Assembly: GCA_014191035.1 (NCBI GenBank)
Contig: BJGX01000004.1
Location: 1-60,706 of the forward strand
Length of the DNA stretch: 60,706 bases
Direction of reading: 5' to 3'
Source of the DNA: Candidatus Saccharimonadota bacterium
Lineage (GTDB): Bacteria; Patescibacteriota; Saccharimonadia; CAILAD01; BJGX01
Shown: positions 28,519 to 37,847 of the stretch, piece after piece
Layout of the letters: every line of letters begins with the position of its first letter
How positions within the stretch are numbered: position 1 is the stretch's first letter
Position numbers and translations under genes: made by a program
The notes under the pieces: generated by a model
Databases searched by the model: none
Told to the model about the DNA's origin: nothing
What the model saw: the letters and a program-made list of their open reading frames with translations, nothing else

Positions 28519-30483
28519 CTATTTTTCTATCTTATATGAATAAATTTTATCTCCTGAATTTATTAAAATCTGGGAGTTTTTTGGTTCAATTGTGAATGAG
28601 CTAATTTTTTGATCTGACTCGAGCGCATATTGCCTTATGAAATTGGCAGAATTGGACTCCGTAGTTAGTAGCGCCAGACGGTCCGAGGCTTCATTTAGTA
28701 GAATGAAATAACCCGAATCTTTGTTATAGTAAATATCTTTTATATTTCCAAAACCCGCAGGTAGCCCATTGAGCTGATAAGAACGCTCTGAGCCCTGTTC
28801 GAATAAAAGAATTTTATCTTTTATTGAAATGAAAATATTTCCATTTACAGCAAACGATGTGGCCTGAGAAAGCTCATTTTCAGAGGTGTTTTTGAGTATG
28901 TTTGCTCTTGAAGATAAATTAAGTCCGGATTTAAGATATCTTACTACTTGATTGTCCTGCGCAGCCAATAGGTAGACATTACCCAAGTACGAAGAGATGT
29001 CATTTGATTTAGGTAGCGAATTCGCATTAAGCTTTTGAAGGCCTTTATCTGAAGTGTACTGTAAAATATTTGCCTTACCAAGAACAATTAGACCTGAGTC
29101 TGCAATACTATCCATACTTATTGCCCCTCTAAGGTCTTCAGAACTAGCCCTTATGATAGGCGAGCCTAGTAATGGATTAATTTCAATTATTGATCCATTA
29201 CTGCTGTCCAGGCCGTAAAGAGAGCTATTTAGCCATACAAGGCTTTTTAAGTTGTTTTGAGCAATCTTGAATGAGTTGGATGGTGAAATTCTTGAGGTTA
29301 GATTTAGCTTGTCCTCTAGGGCTATCAGCGAGCTTTGGGTGGAACTAAAGCCGGTTTTGATTCTACCTTTTATTTCGAGCTCATTTAGCTTGTCTCTTTC
29401 TGATGAGCTTATTTTATTTAATATTTGTTCGGCTTTATCTATACTTTCCTTAGCAGAAGCTTGATTGTTTTTTGATAGAGCTGATTTAGCATTATCGATA
29501 AGAGTTTGTGAGTTCTCTAGCTGAGTCAAAGACTTTGGCTTGGCTGTAAGGCTTGATATACCTAAAGAAAGTATACTTATAATTATTATTGTAATTACCA
29601 CAATAATAATAGCTTGTTTAGGGTTGGGATTGATGTATTTTGACCAAAATGAAGTCCACCCAGACTTTGTTTTTGAACTAATTTCTGATGTAATTTTTTT
29701 ATTACTTTTACCTAAAGTCTTAGCTTTTGTTTTAGATTTTGAAGCTGCTTCTTTGATCGATTTTTGAATTTGAGTCATTAGTTTTTTAAATTTTGCATCG
29801 CTTATGGCTTTAGGTTTATCGTTACCTTGGCTAGTTTCTTGCAGCGTATTATTGTCTTCTAATTCAATTAAAAGGGCACTAAAGGCGTGTGTTTTATCTT
29901 TTTGTCGTAAGGATTCGTCTAATTCATCCTCGAAGTTGTCTCGTGAGCTACTTATGGCCATTTTTGATAACTGTTTTTTAGGAATACTTTGGGATATGTA
30001 TTGACTAGCAATTAATATTTTATCTTCGCTATTTAGCTTGCCCTGACCAATCTCTCTAAATATCTTACTTTTGGTATGGGTCGACAAATCTGTAGACGAA
30101 GTGTTTCGTAATAGAAGGAACGTATTGTCTCCAATATCAGAAAAAAGCATTCTGTCATTTGATGTAGCAACAATTGCCATATCAAGTGAGTGCTCGTGCT
30201 TTTTAAGCTGTGCATTTAGGGTCTTTAGGACTTGCTTAAATCTGGATTCGAAGCTGTCTGAAGGAATATCTTCATAAAAAGATTTACCACAAGCCTCAAT
30301 GAGTTTCTCAAAGTCGATTCTTCGGTTGCCGGAATTGTTTTCGAACAGAATATAGAGATTTCCAGTTTCAGAGAGAATGTTTTCTCCTGGTTCAAAACCA
30401 ATTGCAAGGCATTCGTCAGAATTAGATGATTCTGACGAAACATTGATTTGTATATGCTTGGCATTTAACAGGCTATTTTTCAT
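28519..30483 (-). CDS. Hypothetical bitopic membrane protein (degenerate PP2C-like N-domain, TM, beta-propeller-like C-domain)
   Basis: Central TM IIIVVITIIIISILSLGI; domain assignments are by eye only. Confidence 0.55.
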   Translation of the reverse strand: MKNSLLNAKHIQINVSSESSNSDECLAIGFEPGENILSETGNLYILFENNSGNRRIDFEKLIEACGKSFYEDIPSDSFESRFKQVLKTLNAQLKKHEHSLDMAIVATSNDRMLFSDIGDNTFLLLRNTSSTDLSTHTKSKIFREIGQGKLNSEDKILIASQYISQSIPKKQLSKMAISSSRDNFEDELDESLRQKDKTHAFSALLIELEDNNTLQETSQGNDKPKAISDAKFKKLMTQIQKSIKEAASKSKTKAKTLGKSNKKITSEISSKTKSGWTSFWSKYINPNPKQAIIIVVITIIIISILSLGISSLTAKPKSLTQLENSQTLIDNAKSALSKNNQASAKESIDKAEQILNKISSSERDKLNELEIKGRIKTGFSSTQSSLIALEDKLNLTSRISPSNSFKIAQNNLKSLVWLNSSLYGLDSSNGSIIEINPLLGSPIIRASSEDLRGAISMDSIADSGLIVLGKANILQYTSDKGLQKLNANSLPKSNDISSYLGNVYLLAAQDNQVVRYLKSGLNLSSRANILKNTSENELSQATSFAVNGNIFISIKDKILLFEQGSERSYQLNGLPAGFGNIKDIYYNKDSGYFILLNEASDRLALLTTESNSANFIRQYALESDQKISSFTIEPKNSQILINSGDKIYSYKIEK

Positions 30484-30537
30484 TATCCCTCTTTTGAACT
30501 ATTATAACATCTGATTGCAATGGGGTATTATATTAGT

Positions 30538-33381
30538 ATGAACAAAGCCGACAAAGTAACATTTACAAAGCCGCAGCTTAAGGTTATAAATCATAATGAC
30601 GGGCCAATGTTGGTAGTTGCAGGTGCAGGAACAGGAAAGACGGCGGTAATTACTCAGAGAGTCGCTAGGTTAATTTTGAGTGAAAAGGCAAAACCTGAAG
30701 AGATATTGGCTTTGACTTTTACGGATAAGGCGGCCGCCGAAATGCAGCAAAGGGTCGATGAACTTTTGCCATATGGCTATTTAGATACCCAAATAATGAC
30801 TTTTCACGCTCTAGCCGACAAGATTATGCGCGAGTTTGCGCTTGATGCTGGAGTTAGCCCAGAATTTCAAATTTTAACAGACGTTCAGCAGACAATCATA
30901 CTACAAGAAGTACTGGCAAACACACAATTTGAGTACTTTAGCCCACAAAGAGATCCGTTTGCATTTGTATCTTCAATAAAAAGTGTCATTTCCAGGCTAA
31001 AAGATGAGGGAATCGACGCAGGAGAGTTCAAAAAAAGAGTCGCTAAACTAAATGATACAAAACCGGGGGAAGAGAATGAATCAATGCCTGATTTGGTAGA
31101 AATTTACTTAAAATATTCTGCTATTTGCGAGTCTAAAAACAGCTTAGATTTCGGCGATATGTTGATAAAATTACAGCATTTATTGAAAAAAAGAAATACT
31201 GTTAAAAACGAGCTGCAAAAACGCTATAAATATGTGCTTGTAGATGAATTTCAAGACACAAATTCAATTCAAATGCAGATAATACTTTTACTATTATCAA
31301 AGAAACAAAATATTATGGTAGTTGGTGATGACGACCAAGCAATATACCGTTTTAGGGGCGCATCTGTTCAGAACATACTCTCGTTTAGGTCTCATTTTCC
31401 CAGCAGCGATATTTCTGTTCTTAAGGATAATTTCAGAAGCGGGCAATCAATTCTGGATGCAGGCTATAAGCTAATACAAAATAACAATCCTCAGAGGCTA
31501 GAAGTAAGTGAAAATATAGATAAAAACCTTATTGCCCACCAATTTTCTGATGCGAGCGTCAATATTGATGAGTACGGAAATAAAATTGGCGAATCTGAGG
31601 GAGTTGTTGAAAAAATTTCTGAGCTAGTTGAATCTGAAGTAGACAGCAAAGACATAGCTATTTTATTAAGAAAGAACAATCAGATAAAGCCTTATATTTT
31701 AGAGCTTCAAAAACATAAAATTGCCTACCACGTTCATCAGGATGTTGAGCTTTTTGAGCAAAAGAGTGTGAAAATGATGGTTGCTCTTGCAAAATCGATA
31801 GCAGATCCTGGCGATTCATCATCATTGTTTCAATTGTTAATCAGCGGACTTTTTAAAGATTATAATATTCATCATGTAATTGATTATTCTTCAAAATCTA
31901 AGCGCCTCAATAAAAGCTTATTTGAATATCTAGCACATGATGAGCAAAAAGATGGTTGGATAGAGGCCGCCCTAAAAAGTATTATTAATTGGCGCGAGAT
32001 GATTGCAGATTTTAGTGCTGGTGAGGTTCTTTTTACAGCAGTTAAAGAAAGCGGTTATTTGAAAAGGGCTCTAGATGATTCGGTCACATCAGTAGATAAG
32101 GCTTTAGAGGTTCAATATATGACAGACTTTTTTAAGCTTGTTAAGCAGTTTGAATTGGCATCTTCAAACCCTAGCCTTAATGAGCTTTGCGAGTATTTGG
32201 ATGAAATACGACAGTCATCGGCCGATATTATGAGCGAAATCTCTCCACTTGATATCTCCGGCGTTCAGATTATGACGGTTCATAAAGCTAAAGGTTTGGA
32301 ATTCGATTATATCTTCTTGCCCGAGCTAACTGAACAGACCTTTCCTTCTTATAACAGAGGGGAGCGAATTAGGATACCCGTAGATATAATAAACCCCGGA
32401 GAAGGTGACCAGTTTCAAGAAGAAAGAAGGCTTTTTTATGTAGCACTTACCAGGGCAAAACAGCAGGCTTATTTAAGCTACGCAAAGGATCATGGCTTGA
32501 AGCGAGATAAAAAGATTTCTCGCTTTGTGGTTGAGGCTATAGGAAAAGATTGGTCCGAAAAATCAAATTCTATACCGTCGCAACGAAGTATGTCAGAAGT
32601 ATTAACGAGCTTTGAGCCAGTTGTAAAAAAAGTTGAGAAAGAAAAGATATTATCAAGGCTATTTAAGGGAGAGTGGCTATATTTAACGACCAATCAGATT
32701 GCTGATTATCTAAGATCACCTAAAGAATTTTGGCTGTTTCATGTTCTACATCTACCAAAAGGCCCATTTCATAGCTTGATATATGGTTCAAGCATTCATG
32801 CTGCGCTTGAGCACTACTACAAATATCGTTTGAAAAATAAAGAGACAAATATTGCAGAAATATTAAAAGTCTATGAATCCTCTTGGAGCAGTGAAGGCTT
32901 TGTGTCGGCCGAGCACGAAAAAAATCTTTTCGAAAATGGCAAAAAAGTACTTAGTGACTACATCATAAGACATAGAAAAGACGGTTTTAAGCCGGTTTCT
33001 ATTGAGCAGCCCTTTGAACTTCAGCTTACTGAACTCAAAACAGTGATATCAGGACGTTACGATATCGTACTGGAGTCAGAAGGAGAAATAGAAATAAGAG
33101 ATTTTAAAACTTCTAGAGTGAATGATCAGAAAAAAGCCGACACCAAAGCAAAACAAAGCGTTCAGCTGGGAATATATGCCTTATCTTGGGAGAAACTTCA
33201 AAAAAGTCCAGTAAGCTCCACTAGTCTAGAATTTGTTGAGGACGGTTTTATAGGTAGAAGCGCCAAGGTCGACAATGAAAAGACTCTAGAATTAATAACC
33301 AAGGCAGTAAAGGGCATAAAAAACATGGAATTTGAAGAAAAAGGGGACAATTACGTAGATTTTGACAAACTTTTAGTATGA
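30538..33381 (+). CDS. UvrD/PcrA-family helicase fused to a C-terminal PD-(D/E)XK nuclease
   Basis: AGAGTGKT, VDEFQD, VGDDDQAIYRFRGA, TVHKAKGLEF, EERRLFYVALTRA; C-terminal GRYD..IRDFKT..QLGIY. Confidence 0.92.
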   Translation: MNKADKVTFTKPQLKVINHNDGPMLVVAGAGTGKTAVITQRVARLILSEKAKPEEILALTFTDKAAAEMQQRVDELLPYGYLDTQIMTFHALADKIMREFALDAGVSPEFQILTDVQQTIILQEVLANTQFEYFSPQRDPFAFVSSIKSVISRLKDEGIDAGEFKKRVAKLNDTKPGEENESMPDLVEIYLKYSAICESKNSLDFGDMLIKLQHLLKKRNTVKNELQKRYKYVLVDEFQDTNSIQMQIILLLLSKKQNIMVVGDDDQAIYRFRGASVQNILSFRSHFPSSDISVLKDNFRSGQSILDAGYKLIQNNNPQRLEVSENIDKNLIAHQFSDASVNIDEYGNKIGESEGVVEKISELVESEVDSKDIAILLRKNNQIKPYILELQKHKIAYHVHQDVELFEQKSVKMMVALAKSIADPGDSSSLFQLLISGLFKDYNIHHVIDYSSKSKRLNKSLFEYLAHDEQKDGWIEAALKSIINWREMIADFSAGEVLFTAVKESGYLKRALDDSVTSVDKALEVQYMTDFFKLVKQFELASSNPSLNELCEYLDEIRQSSADIMSEISPLDISGVQIMTVHKAKGLEFDYIFLPELTEQTFPSYNRGERIRIPVDIINPGEGDQFQEERRLFYVALTRAKQQAYLSYAKDHGLKRDKKISRFVVEAIGKDWSEKSNSIPSQRSMSEVLTSFEPVVKKVEKEKILSRLFKGEWLYLTTNQIADYLRSPKEFWLFHVLHLPKGPFHSLIYGSSIHAALEHYYKYRLKNKETNIAEILKVYESSWSSEGFVSAEHEKNLFENGKKVLSDYIIRHRKDGFKPVSIEQPFELQLTELKTVISGRYDIVLESEGEIEIRDFKTSRVNDQKKADTKAKQSVQLGIYALSWEKLQKSPVSSTSLEFVEDGFIGRSAKVDNEKTLELITKAVKGIKNMEFEEKGDNYVDFDKLLV

Positions 33382-33878
33382 AAAAAATAGAATCAAGTTA
33401 TCGAGATCAATTATGGTTAGAGCAAATGCTAGATTATATATGGTCTAATCATTTTTCGGACGTCGAAAAAGTTAATGAAGTTAAAATTAAGTATGGACGA
33501 AAGGCTAAGAGGCGATTAGGGTCAATTGGGCTAGATAGAAATGATCAGACTATTTCAATAATTACCATTAATCCTATTTATCGGGATCCAGAAGTACCAC
33601 AGCATGTAATTGTGGCGACAATCGTTCACGAAATGACGCATTATGCCCACGGATTTAATTCGATGCATGATAGAAAGCAACGACACCCTCATAGGGGTGG
33701 GGTGATAAGAAGGGAATTTGCCGAGAGAGGGCTTGAAAGTATGTATATAGAACAAAAGAAGTGGCTTGATCAAAACTGGATTAGTATATTAGAAAAACAT
33801 TTTGGAGCAGAAAATATCTACAGACCAAGAAAATCAAAGCTCAAAATAAAAATCCCATGGTGGATTTCTGGACTATAA
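33378..33878 (+). CDS. SprT-like zinc metalloprotease domain protein
   Basis: RRLGSI..HEMTHYAHGF..HPHRGG. Confidence 0.7.
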   Translation: MKKIESSYRDQLWLEQMLDYIWSNHFSDVEKVNEVKIKYGRKAKRRLGSIGLDRNDQTISIITINPIYRDPEVPQHVIVATIVHEMTHYAHGFNSMHDRKQRHPHRGGVIRREFAERGLESMYIEQKKWLDQNWISILEKHFGAENIYRPRKSKLKIKIPWWISGL

Positions 33879-33902
33879 TTTCAAAAAGAGTAAAATATAA
33901 GC

Positions 33903-34253
33903 ATGAGTAGTATAAATAAAAGTACTAGGAAGGTTAAAAGGCGCTCAAAAACACTTAATCTGTCTTCGGGTAAAACGAAATACAGTAAAAAGCCATCCAG
34001 AGACTCAGTAAAAATTGCTGCAAAAAAGCTAAGTAGAACAAAGACGCGCCAATATGTGTTATTTGCCTTAGGAGCGTTCGTGATAATGCAAATTATTAGT
34101 TATGTTACTACCGATAGCCCTATAGCCGACCTGATCCCGTCGGGAGGGCTTGTATTTTTGTTGGTAATTTATCTTCAATTCGGCCTTATGCTTGCGCTGG
34201 TTGGATTTTTAATGGCCGCATCGGTGACTTATCTACGGTCCCTAAATGACTAG
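33903..34253 (+). CDS. Hypothetical membrane protein
   Basis: Basic N-terminus and two hydrophobic segments. Confidence 0.6.
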   Translation: MSSINKSTRKVKRRSKTLNLSSGKTKYSKKPSRDSVKIAAKKLSRTKTRQYVLFALGAFVIMQIISYVTTDSPIADLIPSGGLVFLLVIYLQFGLMLALVGFLMAASVTYLRSLND

Positions 34254-34439
34254 TCATGAATGATGCTTTAGCATTTAAATAATGTAAATATTCAATTTTT
34301 ATATCTGTAAAAACTAATTTTATAGTAATTCAAAAATAGTATTAATAAGAATAAATAAGTTGAACATAGTACAAAATAAATTAATTTTCGTTTTGTGTTC
34401 GCAATATTATGATCTTTGTAGTATTATTGAATTAAACAT

Positions 34440-35510
34440 ATGAACAATATATTGATTATCTTACTATCAGTGATATTTCTGGCCTTAATTGCAGTCATTT
34501 ATTTAATAATGACTAGAAAAAATGAAGCAAGCACTGATTCTTTGTCTTTTTTGAAGCAAGATTTACAAGGTCTGCAGCAGTTAATTAATCAGTCTCAGTC
34601 TCATCTTAATGAAAGAATAGATAAGAATAATGCCGCTATGCAGCAAAGTGTACAAAAGCAAATGAGTGAGTCTTCTAAATTAATTTCGGACGTTACCGAG
34701 AGACTTACAAAGCTCGATGAAACCAACAAAAGGGTAGTTGATGTAGCAGATGAGCTTAAAACCCTACAAAATGTTTTACAGAATCCTAAGCAGAGAGGTG
34801 TTTTGGGCGAATATTACCTTCAAACAGTTCTTGATAATGTTCTTCCTGCTGGTAGATATAAGCTTCAGCACAAATTTAATGATGGCGAGACAGTTGATGC
34901 GGTTATATTTTTAGAAAAAGACAAAATACTACCAATTGACTCCAAATTTAGTCTTGAAAACTATAATCGTCTGGTAGAAGAGAAGAATAAAGAAAGGAAA
35001 GAAGCTTTAACTAAAAAGTTTAAGCAGGATCTCAAGACAAGAATTGACGAAACAAGTAAATACATTAGGCCTTCAGAGAACACAATGGAGTTTGCATTTA
35101 TGTTTATACCTTCAGAGGCAATCTATAATGATTTGCTAACCAATAAGATAGGAGTTACGGACACGGCCTCAAGAGACTTAATAGAATATGCTTTTCAGGA
35201 GAAAAAAGTTATTATTGTTAGCCCGACTACTTTTATGGCCTATTTACAAACAGTTCTTCAGGGATTAAGAAGCTTACAGATAGAGGAGCAAGCTAAAGAG
35301 ATTCAAAAAAGGGTTGGCTTATTGGGTAGACACATTAAGAGTTATGAGCAATTTATGCATAAGCTGGGTAATTCGCTTGGAACAACCGTAAATCACTATA
35401 ATAATGCTCATAAGGAGCTAAAAAAGATTGATAAAGACGTGGTAAAAATAGCCGGAACAGAAGAAGTTGTGGATCCTATGCAATTAGAAAAGCCAAGTAT
35501 CGAAGACTAG
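34440..35510 (+). CDS. rmuC: DNA recombination protein RmuC
   Basis: N-terminal TM and coiled coil; NPKQRGVLGE, PIDSKFSL, FMFIPSEAIY, VSPTTF. Confidence 0.94.
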   Translation: MNNILIILLSVIFLALIAVIYLIMTRKNEASTDSLSFLKQDLQGLQQLINQSQSHLNERIDKNNAAMQQSVQKQMSESSKLISDVTERLTKLDETNKRVVDVADELKTLQNVLQNPKQRGVLGEYYLQTVLDNVLPAGRYKLQHKFNDGETVDAVIFLEKDKILPIDSKFSLENYNRLVEEKNKERKEALTKKFKQDLKTRIDETSKYIRPSENTMEFAFMFIPSEAIYNDLLTNKIGVTDTASRDLIEYAFQEKKVIIVSPTTFMAYLQTVLQGLRSLQIEEQAKEIQKRVGLLGRHIKSYEQFMHKLGNSLGTTVNHYNNAHKELKKIDKDVVKIAGTEEVVDPMQLEKPSIED

Positions 35511-35534
35511 CAGTAAGTATTGTATAATACGCTT

Positions 35535-36521
35535 ATGAAAACTGTATTCTCAGGCCTTAAACCTACCGGAGAAATGACCATTGGTAATTATTTGGGTGCA
35601 ATAAAACATTGGCCACTAAGCCAATCTAAAGATAACAGAACTATATTTTTTGTGCCTAATTCGCACGCATTAACTGTTAGGCAAAGTCCTGAGGACATAA
35701 AAACGCGAACATTAGACCTGGTTGCTTGGTTACTAACAGCAGGTATCGAACCATCTAAATCAATAATCTTAGTGCAGTCCATGGTGCCAGCACATGCTGA
35801 GCTATTTTGGATCTTAGATAATTATGTGACCATGGGCGAATTAAGTAGGATGACCCAATTTAAGGATAAATCACAAAAATTAGGTCCAGAAGGGCAGCTA
35901 GTGGGCCTTTTTAACTATCCTGTACTTATGGCAGCCGACATTTTGCTTTATGACTCTAATGAAGTGCCAGTTGGCGAAGATCAAGTTCAGCACGTTGAGC
36001 TCACAAGAGACATAGCAAATAGATTCAACAAGCTATATGGAGAAACTTTTGTTCTTCCTAAAGCCACAATTCCTAATTACGGAGGAAGGGTTATGAGCCT
36101 GGATAACCCCTCTGTAAAAATGAGTAAAAGTGATCATCCAGATAGTTATGTCGCACTTGGAGAGTCGGCTGAGTCTGTAGTTAATAAATTCAAAAGAGCT
36201 GTCACAGACTCAGACACCCAGATTCGCTATAACAAAAGCGAAAAACCTGCTATTTCTAACTTGATGGAAATATATGCAGGATTTTCAGGTATGAGTTTAG
36301 AAGAAATTGAAAATAAATATGAAGGAATAGGCTATGGTGAATTTAAGAATGATCTAGGAGAACTCACTGCAGAGAAATTATCTTCGCTCCAAAAAGATTT
36401 TGAAAAATACAGGTCCAATGAGATTGGTCTTATGAGTATTATTGAAGAGGGTAGCCAAAAAGCCTCAGCAATAGCCAATAAAAAGCTATCAGAAGTAAAG
36501 AATAAAATAGGCTTGTTGTAA
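35535..36521 (+). CDS. trpS: Tryptophan--tRNA ligase
   Basis: FSGLKPTGEMTIGNYLGA, YPVLMAADIL, VPVGEDQVQH, KMSKS. Confidence 0.97.
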   Translation: MKTVFSGLKPTGEMTIGNYLGAIKHWPLSQSKDNRTIFFVPNSHALTVRQSPEDIKTRTLDLVAWLLTAGIEPSKSIILVQSMVPAHAELFWILDNYVTMGELSRMTQFKDKSQKLGPEGQLVGLFNYPVLMAADILLYDSNEVPVGEDQVQHVELTRDIANRFNKLYGETFVLPKATIPNYGGRVMSLDNPSVKMSKSDHPDSYVALGESAESVVNKFKRAVTDSDTQIRYNKSEKPAISNLMEIYAGFSGMSLEEIENKYEGIGYGEFKNDLGELTAEKLSSLQKDFEKYRSNEIGLMSIIEEGSQKASAIANKKLSEVKNKIGLL

Positions 36522-36572
36522 AAAATAAACACATTTTTACAGAGTAAAATTAAATTATACGCACAAAAAGTA

Positions 36573-36602
36573 TTGACATAAGCATAAGCGTAATGCTATA
36601 CT
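36573..36602 (+). promoter_or_regulatory. Near-consensus sigma70 promoter with no downstream CDS
   Basis: TTGACA-18 nt-TATACT with extended -10 TG. Confidence 0.75.
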
Positions 36603-36608
36603 ATAGCT

Positions 36609-37097
36609 ATATTAAGTTCATTAAAAACAAAAACAAAAATCCATGCCACATATTAAGCCTCCATAGGTGCAGCCTGAACTCTAAAAGGTTTGCCACATAA
36701 TTTTAGACGGTAAGGGATTTCTGGATACAAAAAGCAACCCCCTTGTTTTTTGTACCAGAACTTCCTTACTGTCGTAGGGTTTGTCTGAGTGCAGTCATTA
36801 TGCTCAGGGGGAGTTAGACTCCATACCCGATGGAATTTGACCAGGACATAGTCTTCTTTTAAAGAAGGTTGTATCCTGGTCAAGTCCCGAACCGATGGTT
36901 GGGAAGCGACAGCTGCAGTATTTGTTCCATAACATAATTAAAAAGCAGTTGCACCTTCTAGATCTTAGCACCCAGTTAGGATCACCATACCGGGCCGATA
37001 CATGCCAAGTTTGTTTCTAAACATATTAGGGCATTTGAATCGGCCCGTAACCATTTGATTATATTTACGCCACCCATTTGTACAGGGTGGCTTTTTT
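36609..37097 (+). ncRNA. Candidate large structured ncRNA (~490 nt)
   Basis: Own promoter and terminator, several long helices, no credible plus-strand ORF. See findings. Confidence 0.65.
37069..37097 (+). terminator. Intrinsic terminator
   Basis: GCCACCC-loop-GGGTGGC-TTTTTT. Confidence 0.85.
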
Positions 37098-37149
37098 AGT
37101 AATAATAATACAAATCTTGGGTATCTAACCAATATCAATCCGCAAAGAT

Positions 37150-37440
37150 TGTAATAAATAAGCAATCAGAGCATGTCTGTATTTACATTATTTGAGTTAT
37201 TTTTACCTATATAGTAATTATTACAATGTATTGCTTTTTGCATAACTTATCCACAGTTAAATAAGCTATTTGTTGCCAGGGGTAAAGATTTAGTAGTAAA
37301 TAACTTATTTATTCACAAAATGTGGTTAAAAAAGTAGTTCATTTATTGTGTCAAGAAGTAGCATAAAATAAACTTATTCAATTATAATTTTAATTTGTTC
37401 ATTTTTTGAGCTATCTTTTTGTGCTCTGTACTATATTTGA
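37150..37440. other. AT-rich region with DnaA boxes (candidate oriC or DnaA-box cluster)
   Basis: TTATCCACA 37247-37255, TTATTCACA 37309-37317, TGTGGTTAA 37321-37329, TAGTAGTAA run at 37291. Confidence 0.5.
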
Positions 37441-37467
37441 CAGGTGTGTAATAATAATCTTTATCTT

Positions 37468-37845
37468 ATGAAAAATAAAGTCTCAGGTTTAATAGTGATT
37501 ATTTCAATCGTTGCTTTTGTAAGTTTGGCAGTATTTGTGGCTGCTATTTTAATGACAAATCCTACAAAGCTTGGCCCGGGTGGAGTTACCTTTTGGTTTA
37601 TCGATGTACTCCTAATGATTTCTAGTATAACTACTTTGATCTTATATCTGGCTAGAAGAAATAGAGCCGAATCTAAAAAGAGCTTATTATTGTCATCAGC
37701 TAGAACTGGATCTATACTCGCATTCAGTCTGACATTACTGTTGGCCTTATCAAGTCTCAGAAGTTTAAATTGGAGGGATATTATTTTACTACTTCTGCTT
37801 GTCATCCTTGTTGAGGTCTTTTTCAGGACTAGAAGAGAGGCTTAA
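37468..37845 (+). CDS. Hypothetical 4-TM membrane protein
   Basis: Four hydrophobic segments; ends 2 nt before pheS. Confidence 0.75.
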   Translation: MKNKVSGLIVIISIVAFVSLAVFVAAILMTNPTKLGPGGVTFWFIDVLLMISSITTLILYLARRNRAESKKSLLLSSARTGSILAFSLTLLLALSSLRSLNWRDIILLLLLVILVEVFFRTRREA

Positions 37846-37847
37846 AG

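Noticed and set aside
36609..37097. T-box riboswitch, given the position between trpS and pheST
   Set aside because: No GGTGGNACCGCG T-box sequence before the terminator, and ~370 bp plus another gene separate it from pheS.
36653..37165. Minus-strand ORFs of 76 and 66 aa
   Set aside because: No recognisable motifs; promoter and terminator polarity favour a plus-strand RNA.
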